Below, piece after piece: positions 14,901 to 27,726 of a stretch of DNA of 64,000 nt. This stretch comes from Eledone cirrhosa (lineage: Eukaryota): contig OZ024740.1 in assembly GCA_964016885.1 (NCBI GenBank), positions 384,710,001-384,774,000 of the forward strand. The letters are read 5' to 3'. Below the pieces are notes generated by a model, which saw nothing but the letters and a program-made list of their open reading frames with translations, ran no database searches and was not told the DNA's origin. Both the position numbers and the translations under genes were made by a program. Positions within the stretch are counted from its first letter, which is position 1. Every line of letters starts with the position of its first letter.

Positions 14901-15339
14901 TAATCTGTGTATCAGAGTTACAGAACCTTCAATTCACTTACAGGTTCAAGCCACGTGGCATAGTCCATTGTTTATCTGTGCGGTCGTGCGCGTTTGTTTT
15001 TGACACCACAGCAGATGCACAAGTTCGTAAATTCCAATGCAGGTAGAAATCTATTTTTGCTCACCCGGACATTGACGGAGGATCCAATATTCCTAGTTCA
15101 ATATGTGTGTGGTGTTATTTTGGTCGCACAAATCAAACACTTGGTTCAATATTATGGAGTATGGTTTTCTGGTCTTCGTAACAGTGTCAGTGGTTGTATA
15201 TCTCGAAATCACCAGGATCACAGTACTCCGGTTTGGTGTGATTATCGGTCATCCAACTATGTTGTCGGTGGTTGGATTCAATTCTATTGCCCCGAACGTA
15301 GAACTTTGGTGTCGATAGAACATTAACGAGGCAGGGTGA

Positions 15340-15516
15340 GATCGCACCATAATTTAACTTGGTGTCCTTGAAATATGTATAATGAAATAAATATGGTTAT
15401 ATAAATATAGTTTCCATTTGTTAATATCGTATGTTTACTCCAAATACTTGTTGAGTGCTTTATATCAGTTATAAAAATATTTGCTTGTTGTATCCCAACA
15501 ATTTAAATAGAACTTT

Positions 15517-15520
<4 letters not shown>
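15340..15520 (+). repeat. 3' half of an HHR plus tail; homolog of 39600-39794 (-)
   Basis: CCTTGAAATATGTATAATG..AATAAATATGG..TAGTTTCCATTT matches the reverse complement of 39600-39760. Confidence 0.65.
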
Positions 15521-15604
<84 letters not shown>

Positions 15605-16981
15605 CGTAAAGTTACTGGGACTAAAAGAAGGTTTATGTTTCTACCAAGGTTATTCACTCGTCATTGGAAGATTGAATACAAATGGCTTGCTCCAATCTGT
15701 AAAAGTAAGATCCATATTTTTATATTAATAGTTTTTCTGCTGTTAAATCCTACATTCAACAGACACCTGATGAAAATATTCCCAGTATGACCATCCGAAC
15801 AATTTGCCTTCACCATTTGATACTGCATTGTCCAATGTCAAATTGTGTGTCTTTTGCTAGATTTCCCTCAAATGATTTCTTTTCTCTGCATGAGATATTA
15901 TTTATTTTCCTATCATTGACATTGTGCTATTTTTATGCCCATTCTAACATCTATGGTTGTCTTAAATTCATCATTTTATCTTTGCCGTTTCCTAGTTCTT
16001 CAGTTTATCTACAAGTGTCCACCGTTATCTAGTTTTCGTTCTTCTTTCTATAACCAATATCAGTGTTTATCTGTTTCATTATACCAGTTTTTAGACTAAT
16101 GTATTTTGTCTCAACTCTCCACTGGTCTTCTTCCTTTTTATAGTACATTGAGAAATATGATCGTGGCTTTATCCCCCATTAGAGAAGAGGATTAAGCAAA
16201 AAAGAATTCTATGTACGTATTCCGATTTATGTCTGTGACGAAGATTTTTAATTCTCAAATAGGCCAAGCTTTATATAATAAATATACAATAGAATATGAA
16301 CAACTTGCCAATGTAAGCAATGGAAATACTGTAAAGTTAATGTGTTTCATTGATTTTTCTGTGCTCTGTTAAATTTCTACTTGAGGTATATTACAGAAAG
16401 TTACGAACTCCTCCAAGCTAAGTTCAACTCAGCTGGTAAAAAGAACCATCTGTGATAGATTGGTGTCCTATCTAGAGGACAAATTTCTGTCTCACCCACT
16501 TAATAGCCTGTCAATTGCGTGTGTATGTATGTGTGAGCGTGTGAGCGTTTGTGCGCGTGCACGTATGTGCGTATGTCAGTTTCTGTGCATGTGTGCGTTT
16601 CTGTGCAGGAACATAATGTGAAAACAATCTTTTACCCAGCCTTGGTGATAGAAAGAGATTGGTTCAGAAAATGTGCGGTTTTCTTCATAACTAAGTTCAA
16701 AATCATGCAGAGGTTCTATAAGGAACATACACACTAGCAAACCAGTGTAGAATTGTCTGGTATTTCCAATCAATGACGGTTTCTTTTAAATTCCTCTCTC
16801 CCAAAGCAAAAACTATATACAGCATTGCTAGACTCTCGTATATCTATTATACATAAACACATTGTATATGCTTTCATATACATCCTTACCAAGAACAGCG
16901 CTGTATCAGTGCGGCTACTAATTACCTCCCTTTCATCTGTCACGTTCGCACTATATGCAAATAATATAAATATATATATAC

Positions 16982-17024
<43 letters not shown>

Positions 17025-17084
17025 TACATATGTACGTATGGGTTATATCGAATGTTAATAATAATGTGCGATTCGTTTGTAAAC

Positions 17085-18516
17085 AAAGGCCCATGGAGAA
17101 GATGGACTGGCATCAGAGGTGATGAAGGGCTGTGATTTGGATATCATCCTGGAGTTCTGTAACCAGGCCCTGGAGAAAGGAGTTACCCTGTATCAGTGGA
17201 GGATCAGTAACATCGTCCCAGTGCCAAAGAAGGGAGATCTCTCTAATACCAACAACTACAGGGGGGGGGGGGCTCTCATTGATGTCACTTGTGGCAAATA
17301 CCATCAACAGGATGATTCTTAACAGGATCCAACCTGAGATAGAGAAGAACCTCATGGACAACCAGAACGGCTTGAGAGAGGGAATATCAACCAGCAGTCA
17401 CATCCTGATGCTGAGAAGGATATTAAAGGGGGTAGAACAAAGAGCCTTCCTGCTGTCAAGGTTTCATTGACTTTAGGAAGGCCTTTGATTCTGTGGACCA
17501 TCACTGATGATCTTACAGGCTTATGGAATCCTCGAGAAGATAGTGGACCAGCTATCACTACTCTACACCAACACCAAAGCCCAAGTCATTAAACTTGACG
17601 GGATGACGGAGTTCTTTGAGATACTAGCTGGAGTGCTCGAGGGAGATACATTGGCTCTATACCTTTTTATCATCACAGACACCTTGCGCTGGAGAAACAC
17701 CAGCACTCTAGCTTTACTGTAGCACTGGTCCAGAGCAGGAGAGTTAAGGCTAAAAGGATATCAGATGCTGAATTTGCTGATGACATAGTTCTGGTGACAA
17801 ACAGAATGAAGGAGCAGAGGAGTTGATGGAGGAGGTAGTGACTGTGTCGATTAATGTGGGGCTGAGAATGAATTACAGTAAGACGAAGTATCTGGTAGAG
17901 ATCATTAAGAAGCCAGAGAATGTTATGAATGTAGGCGGGAAACCTCTAGAGTTGATTGGGGACTTCTTGTATATGGGAACAAAGATTGGGAACACAAAGG
18001 ATGATGTGGTTGAGAGGAAGAGCAAAGCGTGGGCGGCGTGCCACAGTTAGAGGTCGGTGTGGATGTCAAACCTTCGTAAAGACCTGACTATCCGCCTCAT
18101 CATTGATACAGTGGAGTCTGTGCTACTGTACGGAATGAGCCTTGGACATTGACCAGGAAACTCACTCAGATGGTGGATGGGTGCTACACGAGAATGCTGA
18201 GGATGACTCTGAACATTAATAAGTATACACTAAGGATGAAGAACTTAGAGCTGTACGGGAGCCTCCCAAAATCAGGATGAAAGTAACACAAAGGAGATTG
18301 AGGTAAGCTGGACATGCTCACGGACATTCAGAGTAGACACTGCACTCAGTGCTCCTGTGGGAGCCCCTACATGGACATACTAGAAGAGGGAGACCGATGT
18401 TGAGGCCCTAAGGGCAGACGCATGTCTCTTGGAGACGCAGAACATGGCGGTGATGATGAAGTACAGAGACCGCTGGTGAGAACTCGTCCATCGATCTCGG
18501 GAATTTTACCCGCCCT

Positions 18517-18518
<2 letters not shown>
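17085..18518 (+). mobile_element. 5'-truncated RTE-clade non-LTR retrotransposon (RT pseudogene) with 3' end at (TA)n
   Basis: IVPVPKKGDLS..NYRG.SL; QNGLR; FIDFRKAFDSV; GVLEGDTLA.YLF; FADD; GHA; frameshifts and stops. Confidence 0.9.
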
Positions 18519-18575
<57 letters not shown>

Positions 18576-18604
18576 TAAAGATTTACATATACATAAAGTC
18601 ATAG

Positions 18605-19140
18605 ATATATATGTTTTGCAACCGGTCACGTTGTGGCTCAATGAAGAATTAATAAATTAAATAATCAGAGCAATATATCATAAAACATGTCCTTAGAATT
18701 ATTAGATAAAATATATACCATTTCCTCTTCCAATTAGCATAATTAACCATATAAAAAATCAATTAGACCAAGCTATAAGAATAAAGGCTCCTATGAAGAA
18801 ATTTCCGACAAATAACCGAAAGCGGCCTCTTCGCGGTGGCCCCGATAGAGTATTATCCAACATTTCAACGGCATGTAGAAACTGACTAAATATACCGTCA
18901 ACCATACACAATTAGGTGTAAATTCAAACTTAGAAGAAATGTGTACATACCGTAATTATATCTCTACCATGGTTTCGTCCGTATTTTTAGACATCCAATT
19001 AACAGGATATATCCAGAGTATCGGACTCATCAGGAGTGAACTCAAAATTAGACATTTAATTTTCCAAACTAATTGGGAGAGGAAACGGTATATATTTTAT
19101 GTAATAATTCTAAGGACATGTTTTATGATATATATATATA
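18605..19140 (-). mobile_element. Diverged copy of the 2.75-4.1 kb unit, with an inverted piece at 19068-19135
   Basis: Reverse-complement similarity to 2975-3410; contains an HHR. Confidence 0.75.
18962..19036 (-). ncRNA. Type I hammerhead ribozyme with canonical core
   Basis: ctc-CTGATGA-gtccg...cggac-GAAA-ccatgg-TA-gag. Confidence 0.88.
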
Positions 19141-19621
19141 TGTTTTGTGAAGGTATGTATACCTTCTCGTACGTATATTTGACTGTTTTGGCGTATAATT
19201 TTTACATATTCTGGTATTTAGGGCTTGGTTATGTGTATATGGGAGTTTTGCGTCTGCGTGAGTATGCAGGTTCGTACGTATGGTGGGTGTGTGTATATGT
19301 GTACTTCTTGTTTTAGTTGACTTACGTCTCCGAACCTTCATGTATTTATTTGTAGGTATGTGTGTGCGATTGTTATATACGTATTTATTTACTTATATAC
19401 GTTTATATAATTATTTATTTATTTGTACACAAGCATACACACATACACATATTTATATGTGCGTGGTTTTGTATACCTATGGTAAGGTTTTGCGTATGCT
19501 TGTGTATGTACGTATCTGTTTGCGTGTATGTATTTATTTGTTCCTATTACTTCTGTATTGTATTTATTTACTTTGTTATTAACTCTGTAGCGGAGATTCA
19601 TTCGGTCTCCTAGTTAGAATT

Positions 19622-19888
19622 TTAGTCTACGACTTCTGCTATACCATTTACGTGGTTTTGTCTTTGCACGCTATTGTTCTCCACGCTCCACATATGACTT
19701 ATTATCTTCGTTTTTTCGTTCATTGCCAGAGAACGTCTCTATGCACCACTTAGAGAACATTAGTCTACGACCTCTTTTATACCATAAACGTGGTTCTGTC
19801 CTTGCACGTAATTGTTTTTCACCGCTCCTATTAATGACGTATTATTCGTTTTTTCCCGTTCTTTGCCAGCGAACGTCACCATGAACCA
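19622..19888 (+). repeat. Diverged ~139-bp tandem duplication
   Basis: TTAGTCTACGAC starts at 19622 and 19761. Confidence 0.8.
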
Positions 19889-19967
19889 AAGTATCGTCTT
19901 CCCGTCTTCCTCCGGTTGCAACGTTTTTTGAAATATCCACTTCTGCGTTTACAGATTGACTTTGTTA

Positions 19968-20016
19968 GTTTCAGAAGATCCCGTTAAGGGTGAAAGCAGC
20001 GATTCTTTGCTTAAAC
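19968..20016 (+). ncRNA. Degenerate hammerhead (U4 to A)
   Basis: gttt-CAGAAGA-tcccgttaagggt-GAAA-gca..tgc-TT-aaac, then AATAAA and (TA)n; homolog at 39455-39510 (-). Confidence 0.55.
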
Positions 20017-20033
20017 TTTGATCTGTTATTTTA

Positions 20034-20089
<56 letters not shown>

Positions 20090-20967
20090 TTCAATGAAAA
20101 CATAAGGCGGATACCAAGTATTCCTTTAATGTTGAAAATATCACAATATGACGTATTTCTATGGTTTGCTTACGACATCAGATATTAATGTAAGATTTTC
20201 TCTACGTCATCAGGTGTAAAGTGCAAAAATTAAATAATCAATTACAAGATGACGGTTCGTCATACCAGTCTACTAACTGGTGAGCCGCATTTGAATCAAT
20301 TCTATTTTCTTTTTATATTTGTCGCAATCTAGTAATTGATAATCTCTGATTGAATTCATATTCACAGAGTGCGCCTCCATTTAGATACGTTTGATTAACA
20401 CAACTATTGCAAGATCAATAAAAATGCTGGTAGAATCATGTGACTATTTCTACCTCTTTATAGGCTAATGCATCTAACTTTAAAATATGGGATTACTTTG
20501 AAAATTAATCGTGATCGTGAACTCACATCCAAAAATTAAAACTGCTTGCTATGGCATCATTCATTAGTGGTAAAAATAAAACAGTGGAACATCTAATTTA
20601 TGAATTGAATTCTTCATTTTCGTTGTGCATTCTCATACCGAAGTTACACATTTTCTTAAAGATAGATTTTGACAAATGAAAAATACTCATATTAGGTTGT
20701 TTAGACTGTACTCGTCATTAGTGCTAGTTCCAATTATTTTGGTCTATTCAGGACTAGATTACTTTCTTTGGTACCCAGAGCAAGGAAATGAAGCCACTAA
20801 AATACAATGGGTTACAGAGAAGTGAAATGAGAACATAATTCCAGGAGAGAGATGACGATTGATTTTGCTTTCGAAAGTTTGAAAATTGTAGAGTATAAAA
20901 TATTTATCTTGAGTGATCATACTTACTGGTCTGTCTTGGAAGTAGGAAAGTAAACGAGATACAAAGT

Positions 20968-21089
<122 letters not shown>

Positions 21090-21369
21090 AAACAGAAAGA
21101 GCACATTGGATAAAGTAGAGTAAACGTTTCTAATTCAGAATAAAAGATGGGACGGTCACGGATAAGCTCTTATCACAGCTGACCGGTGGCTATTTTTTAA
21201 ACCAGCATACATCAAAAATTTGAGAATTTGAATCCTAGTATCAACGATGTATCATTGATTTTACTTTAACGTGATACGATCTCGAAACATATTCGTTATT
21301 AAACAACGCTAGGAGTTGTGTTTCGTTCTATTACCTCAGCTCATTTTACAGGAATATATTGCAAACCTG

Positions 21370-22135
21370 TTCCCGACTTCCTTATCTGCCAGCGCATCCC
21401 ACTTTATCCAGTAGGTCGAGCTGGACCTGCAGATCTTGTAGGTTCTCTTCACTTTTGGTAGTTTGATGCTGTAGATAATTAGATGTTGATCAGTTTACAG
21501 CTCAGTCTCTCTCTTTACACGAACATCTAGCACAGAATCGAAGAGATCAGAGACAATAACAAAATCAATTATTGATCTCTGTCATATGTTCCCTTAAGCT
21601 ATGTGTAATTATGACTGTATTTGTCCTGGAAAAAGGTGTTTAAAACAAATAGCCTATTACTAGAAGAGAAGTATAATGAGACCTCTCCATTCGTATTTAG
21701 ATCCGAATCGGCGTTCCTTCCCATCACTTCTTTCAATGTGAGGTAGAATCAATGCATTAAAGTCATCCATTATGATAAATGACCTAGACCAAACAACATC
21801 TACCACTGCAGTGACATCATCAAGGAAGCATCTATATTTGGACTCCCTCGTTGGGGCATAAACTTGCACTACACACAGACACATTTCTTTTAGAATAAGC
21901 TTCAATAAGCCAAACCGCTCTCCCAATGCTATCCAGTTCTCAACACATTCTGACAGCCGGGGTCTTGGGAGTATCGCCAATCCCGCCTTTGTAGTTTTCT
22001 GCTGCAACGTATGTAATTTACAGTACCAGATCCACGGAACTTCGTTAAGGAAACCCCGGCTATATCTAACTGGTAGCATCTCGCCTCAACCAATCATTCC
22101 CGTTCTTTACCTGTAAGCGTTATAACGTTCCAGAT
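21370..22135 (-). mobile_element. RTE-type LINE APE endonuclease fragment
   Basis: AGLAIL, VVQVYAPT, FLDDV, IIMDDFNA, IDFVIVSD..VRVKR..DQHLI. Confidence 0.8.
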
Positions 22136-22154
22136 ACGATATATATATATATAT

Positions 22155-22247
22155 GTGAAAAGAGTCAGGACCCCGACGGCTCAGCTCCGGTCGTTTCGAC
22201 GGCTAGATCCGAACTGGTCCACCTGGTATCTTACCATACCTTCTTTG

Positions 22248-22250
<3 letters not shown>
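22155..22250. repeat. Micro-inverted fragment: 3' half of an HHR (-) joined to a tail (+) of the 13.9 kb family
   Basis: Minus: tagccgtc-GAAA-cgaccggagctgagccg-TC-ggggt; plus: TGGTCCACCTGG..TTACCA..TTGTTA(TA)n. Confidence 0.7.
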
Positions 22251-22318
<68 letters not shown>

Positions 22319-22390
22319 TACATACATAATGAGGAATTTAGATACGATGCAATCCTGCATATTTTGTCAACGATATTTCTCTCAGAAGGC

Positions 22391-22490
22391 ATAGGCTATA
22401 GAAGGAGATATTCACCCAAGGTTCCATGCAGTGGATATGAACTCGAAACTATTTGTTTACAAAGCGAACTCCTTAACCACACAGCCATGT
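22391..22490 (-). mobile_element. tRNA-derived SINE 5' part (CORE-like)
   Basis: TGGCTGTGTGGTTAAG (A box), GAGTTCATATCC (B box), ACCTTGGG. Confidence 0.65.
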
Positions 22491-22512
22491 ATATACATTT
22501 TTTTGTACATAA

Positions 22513-22548
<36 letters not shown>

Positions 22549-23085
22549 AAATATATATTTACACATAATATATTATATATATTGTATATACATAGTTTGA
22601 GAGCAAATGCGCGCGCCCGTATGTCTATATATGAGCATGTACGAATGCGCTTATGGTGTAGGGAAGTATATTTATTGGGAGGATGAAAGAATATTATGAA
22701 GTTCATTGCTGCCCATGAGCTTTCGTCTTGCTGTGAACTGTTGGCTAGTTGTCTATGAATATTAAACTAGTGAAAACGTTAGATTGCCATTGGAAATGAG
22801 GATTATTGACAATGGTGCCAACTGCGGCAATAGAGAGTTAAGTATATCAATGTATAAACTATACAAAATAAATAAATTAATAGAGAGAGAAAGGTCTATA
22901 ACGAAGGCTCACATAAAACTAATTTCCGTATATACAAAGGTCAACAAATCAGGCCAGCAGCAGAAGCAGCAGAAGCCGTGGAAATGGTTCTTGTAATTGT
23001 AGTAGTAATAGCAGCAGCAGCTGCATATTAGTTCTCCGATAGAATTTCATTTATATATGCAAAGCTTTAAATCAATCCTACAAAT

Positions 23086-23151
<66 letters not shown>

Positions 23152-23163
23152 GTATACACACAT

Positions 23164-23222
<59 letters not shown>

Positions 23223-24554
23223 CATTCATGTAAGTGTTTGTTTCTGCGTGTCTGACTGTGTATATACACACACATACGCGCACACACATTATTATGTACA
23301 CGGACGTGTGTATGTGTGCAGTTGTGTGTGCATGTATATAGATATTATTGTATTATATATACATACGATTGAGTATATATATATGTATATATGTTAATCT
23401 GTTATTTTAATAAATATATATATATATATATATATAAAATATATCTCTCTCTATCTATCTCACTCTCTCTCTATATATATATATCTCCCTCTCTATCTCC
23501 CTCTCTCCCCCCTCTCTCTCTCTATATATATATATATGTATGTGTGTGGCATGTGTGTATGTATGTGAGGGGGAGTATTTTGTGTGTCTCTATGTATGTG
23601 TTTGAGCCTTTATTTGTAATAGTGTGTATATATATATATATATACATATATTCGCTGGCGTGTGAATTTACTAATAAACTTATATATTTAATAGATAGAA
23701 TAACACTAGGTCACTACTATATATCTCCGTGAATTCTGTGCATATATTGAAATTGATATGAACTTAAATATATCGGCATCATTGTTTCTTTGTTTGTGAG
23801 TATGTTTGTGTATTTGCTGTGAATTGATTTGCTAGTGAGCGCGCATTTATATTTCTCTTATTTACGTATATCCTCCTACGAATATGATAAATATGTTTAT
23901 GAATTGTGTGTGGTGTTTCGCAGAGTCAATTCTTATTGCTAGGACTCTATTGTAGGAGGCCAATGCCCTATAAATGTACCTTTATTCCGTCTAGTATACA
24001 GTATCGGTCAATTAGTCTTTGGTTGAAAATAAAAAAAGAGATGTAAGAAGAAAACAGCCGGACGACCTGAGTGAAGTTAGTTACCAAGAACGCCAGTTAC
24101 CTCTATATGTTTAAGTAAGGATTTTGCAGAGAGTATCTCAAAATACATGCGTTAATTCAAATATTCATAGTATATTTACTACTACACAAATTGATGAGAA
24201 ATATTACAATATTACAAACTTACCAGAATCACACATGTGTAAAATGACTTACATTGTTAATATGATGCCTTCATAGTGCTGTAGTATCCTTTTCGAAAAT
24301 GTTTTGCTAATGCATTTTTTGAAGATAAAAGAACGTGCCAGGATCGTTTGACCGGCAGAGCATTCATTTAAATACCTTACACATTCATTCATGTCATTTT
24401 ACGGTATGAATCCGAAACTGGGGCATGGGGAGTTTTGCTTTACATTTCTCTGACTGCAGTTATAGAAATATTGGTAATATATTGAACTCAAGCTTACTTT
24501 GTGTGGACAAGTCATCGAACAACTTCTGCAAAATTGCTACTTACACACCACCGT

Positions 24555-24785
24555 AGGCACTGAGCTGGCTAGCCGTAGGTGTGAGCCTCACGAGATGGAA
24601 TGGCTCTTCCAACGCATCTCCCTCACCATCCTCCGGGGTAATGCATTCTCTATTCTGTCCGCCGGGACCGTTGGGCGGCCGGCACGTGGGACTCCATTTG
24701 CTCATAATATTAAGAGGTGGGCACAGCGAGAGCGACGGAGCTGATAACATTGTGAGTTCGGTTGCTCTGTGTTCGGACCTGGTGT

Positions 24786-24787
<2 letters not shown>
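24555..24787 (+). mobile_element. CRE-like non-LTR retrotransposon 3' end (RLE C-terminus) followed by (TG)n
   Basis: WLFQRISLTILRGNAFSILS motif. Confidence 0.7.
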
Positions 24788-24835
<48 letters not shown>

Positions 24836-24929
24836 TTACTTCTATTCATTCGATATTATATGCTTCTCTAGACATATAGATACAAAATCTGAATTCTTAA
24901 AAAAAAAAAAAAAGTGAACTACATTGGTA

Positions 24930-25260
24930 AGCTCTCAGCGGGTGGTGTATAAGCTGGTTGCACATCAATTGTTTTACTTCATCAGTATATTGCAGACGTG
25001 GTCTTCCATGAGAAGACTTCTCCAATATACCATCAAATATGGCAGTTCGTTGGAATATGCCGTATGGCCGGCAGCAAATATAGCCATAATATGCTCAGTT
25101 TTCTTTTCGTGTGCACCGTATTTAAGGGGCTCCTGGAGACTGCCTACTTTATCTAGAAATCTTTTGCCGGTCATGCTAGACCCCCTCGCAATCCACAGCA
25201 CAAGACGTAAAAACCACAAGGATAAGCTGTTAACTGTTCACTGGTGCTAGCAAAATGCTG
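24930..25260 (-). mobile_element. Highly degraded RTE LINE 3' end
   Basis: WFLRLVL.I..; KRKLS; IFDGILEKSSHGRPRLQYTDEVK across frames. Confidence 0.5.
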
Positions 25261-25863
25261 AGTAACAATGCAAAGTCGGCAACTTCGCACACTAGTGTTA
25301 CCTTCGTATGATACTGAACCTTCAGATGGCCCACAAGAACCACATATACATCATAGAGCAAGTGTCACTTCACTCAGAATGTCAAGCCTTGTGCAAATCT
25401 TAAAGGAAGAAGTGTATAAACAGGACTGAGGCATTCTTTTACCTGGTCTTAGTTCGGCGCAAACAACAAACTGACTCTCTGGCCAGTACCAGTAAGAAAT
25501 CAGTACAAAAACCACTGAGAACTGCATCGATCGGTGTCGCATTTGTAGAGTTTTAAAATTGTTAATTCATATATATTGGTTTGCATATTTAGATCGTTAT
25601 TTTTCTCTTGCGTACTTTCTTGGTGACATTAACGTTATAAGAATTGGTGTTTCATTTTTTTCTTTTTATAAACCGAAGTAAATAGTGTGGGAGAAGGTGT
25701 TGTTTTCCTTTAAAATGCCATTAATCAATATTATGCAATGCCAAGTAACATGTCAGGTTATTTTGTTTGCTAGTTCTGGCTTCCGTCACGGAAATAATAG
25801 TCAATTGAATAATGAGGTGTTAAAAGGGATCAAGATAGTATAAATCAACGATTTTGGTACAAA

Positions 25864-25919
<56 letters not shown>

Positions 25920-25935
25920 TATTTTTTCCTTTGTC

Positions 25936-25981
<46 letters not shown>

Positions 25982-26005
25982 TGTAATGAACAACATAAGA
26001 TAATT

Positions 26006-26080
26006 ATTTCATTTACCAAAGGTTTCACGAAGAAAGACGAGCCTGGCACAGACGTCTGACGTCAATCGTCAGAATGAAAT
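26006..26080 (-). ncRNA. Type I hammerhead ribozyme with 8-bp stem I
   Basis: atttcatt-CTGACGA-ttga...tcgt-GAAA-cctttgg-TA-aatgaaat. Confidence 0.75.
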
Positions 26081-26090
26081 TTTAAATAAA

Positions 26091-26151
26091 ATTTCATTCT
26101 GACGTCTGTGCCAGGCCCATCTGTCTTCGGGAAACCTTTGGTAAATGAAAT
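26091..26151 (+). ncRNA. Inverted partner hammerhead with a deletion removing A9 and the 5' strand of stem II
   Basis: atttcatt-CTGACGT..GAAA-cctttgg-TA-aatgaaat; the deletion lies between two GACG copies. Confidence 0.6.
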
Positions 26152-27015
26152 AATAATCTTATGTTGTTATTACATAACTAAAAAGCTCTGTAGCCTACAT
26201 AGAGCACTCTCTTTTCCTTTACCTTTCCTTCGGAAATACTTCATATATAATGTTTTCTTGACCACTTTTGCAGTTTGTATGGCGTTTTAACATATTGTTT
26301 AGCTCTGTTTTTTTTAACTATGGAGCGCTTGCCAGCATAATTCTGATTTTTGCGTTTTGTTTCGCTTTTTCTACCCGCCGAAATGCGATTCTCTCTGAAT
26401 TTATATTTGTATTAATCTCCCGAGTCTTACAATTAACCTGTTAATAATTCTATTGACAGATTAATTGCATAAGTTTATTTTAAAAACTACCCGGTTGAGT
26501 GCTTATTCGATTTGTGCTATTTATGAAATGTTTTGCTTGATATACACATACCGAATTCATTTGTCAAAATCTGGGGTTTTTCCCCTTGTGAATTACACAT
26601 GTGCTTTTACGAAACTCTATACCATTCACAAACTTGGTACAGAGCAAAATACCTGTTGATAACGTGATATTCCTGGTTCGATCATTATACCTAAAGCTTA
26701 TAGTTTTAAGCAGAGAGTATTATTGATTTAGGTGTCATAGAAACCCTGCATTTAAATGTTACCATCAATTCCAATGGGTCCAGGTCTGTTTTTTTTATCA
26801 TTTATTTTGTTTTGATCTGTTTAGCTTGATTTGCTTTTTGGCTTAGGTGGTTAATGCTTTCTTGACCACTATTTCAGTTTGTATGGCGTCTTAACATATT
26901 GTTTAGCTCTTTTTTTTTAACTATGGAGCGCTTGCCATCATAACTCTGATTTTTGCGCTTCATTTCGCTTTTTCTACCCGCCGAAATGCGATTCTCGCTG
27001 AATTTATATTTATGT
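26152..27015 (+). mobile_element. PLE tail/5'-UTR-like region with partial tandem repeat (~600-bp period)
   Basis: 26250-26410 matches 26855-27012; homologous to 31460-31910. Confidence 0.65.
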
Positions 27016-27046
27016 ATATATATATATATATATATATAAATGTATA

Positions 27047-27115
<69 letters not shown>

Positions 27116-27289
27116 ATAATAATAAATTTGAAGACTAAAATCCAAAGAGGGCTCGATAAGGATAAATATATATCAAATATATAAGAACCGTAGAGCAAAT
27201 AGTTATTAAAATAACAGATTAAAGTGTAAGCATATATATATATATACATTTATATATATACATATATATATTTCCACTCGATATACAAA

Positions 27290-27661
27290 TTGGGCTACTC
27301 AGCCTTTAATATGCATAAGGTAAGTATATACGTTCAACAATCTGGCAGGAAGGTATACGTGCTGACGATAGCTAATAAGCTTAAAACTAGTACAGCGTTC
27401 CTTTGTCAGTGTTGAACAAACGAGCAACGATGGTTTCTGGACACTACGGCTTAATACGGGATGTTTGTTTACAAACACACCGAGCATTATAACAAATGTT
27501 CGGTGAATCCATACGTACATATATATATATGTGTGCATGTATGTATATATATATACATACTACTGTACGTATGTATACATATATGTATGTTCGTGTGCAT
27601 ATTCATATTTAAGTAACAGCCGTACTAAGAGTTAGAAATGAAATTTCGTTTCATTTTATCC

Positions 27662-27666
<5 letters not shown>
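27290..27666. repeat. Interspersed repeat shared with 41235-41705
   Basis: TTAAGTAACAGC.GTACTAAGAGT.AGAAATGAAATTTCGTTTCATTTT and TTAATATGCATAAGG occur in both. Confidence 0.7.

Positions 27667-27721
<55 letters not shown>

Positions 27722-27726
<5 letters not shown>

Noticed and set aside
15600-16150. Possible RT remnant or host exon
   Set aside because: No recognisable motif and many stop codons
20150-20220. Two HHR-like words on the minus strand (CTGATGA, CTGATGT)
   Set aside because: Multiple core lesions and no consistent stems; at best a decayed relic
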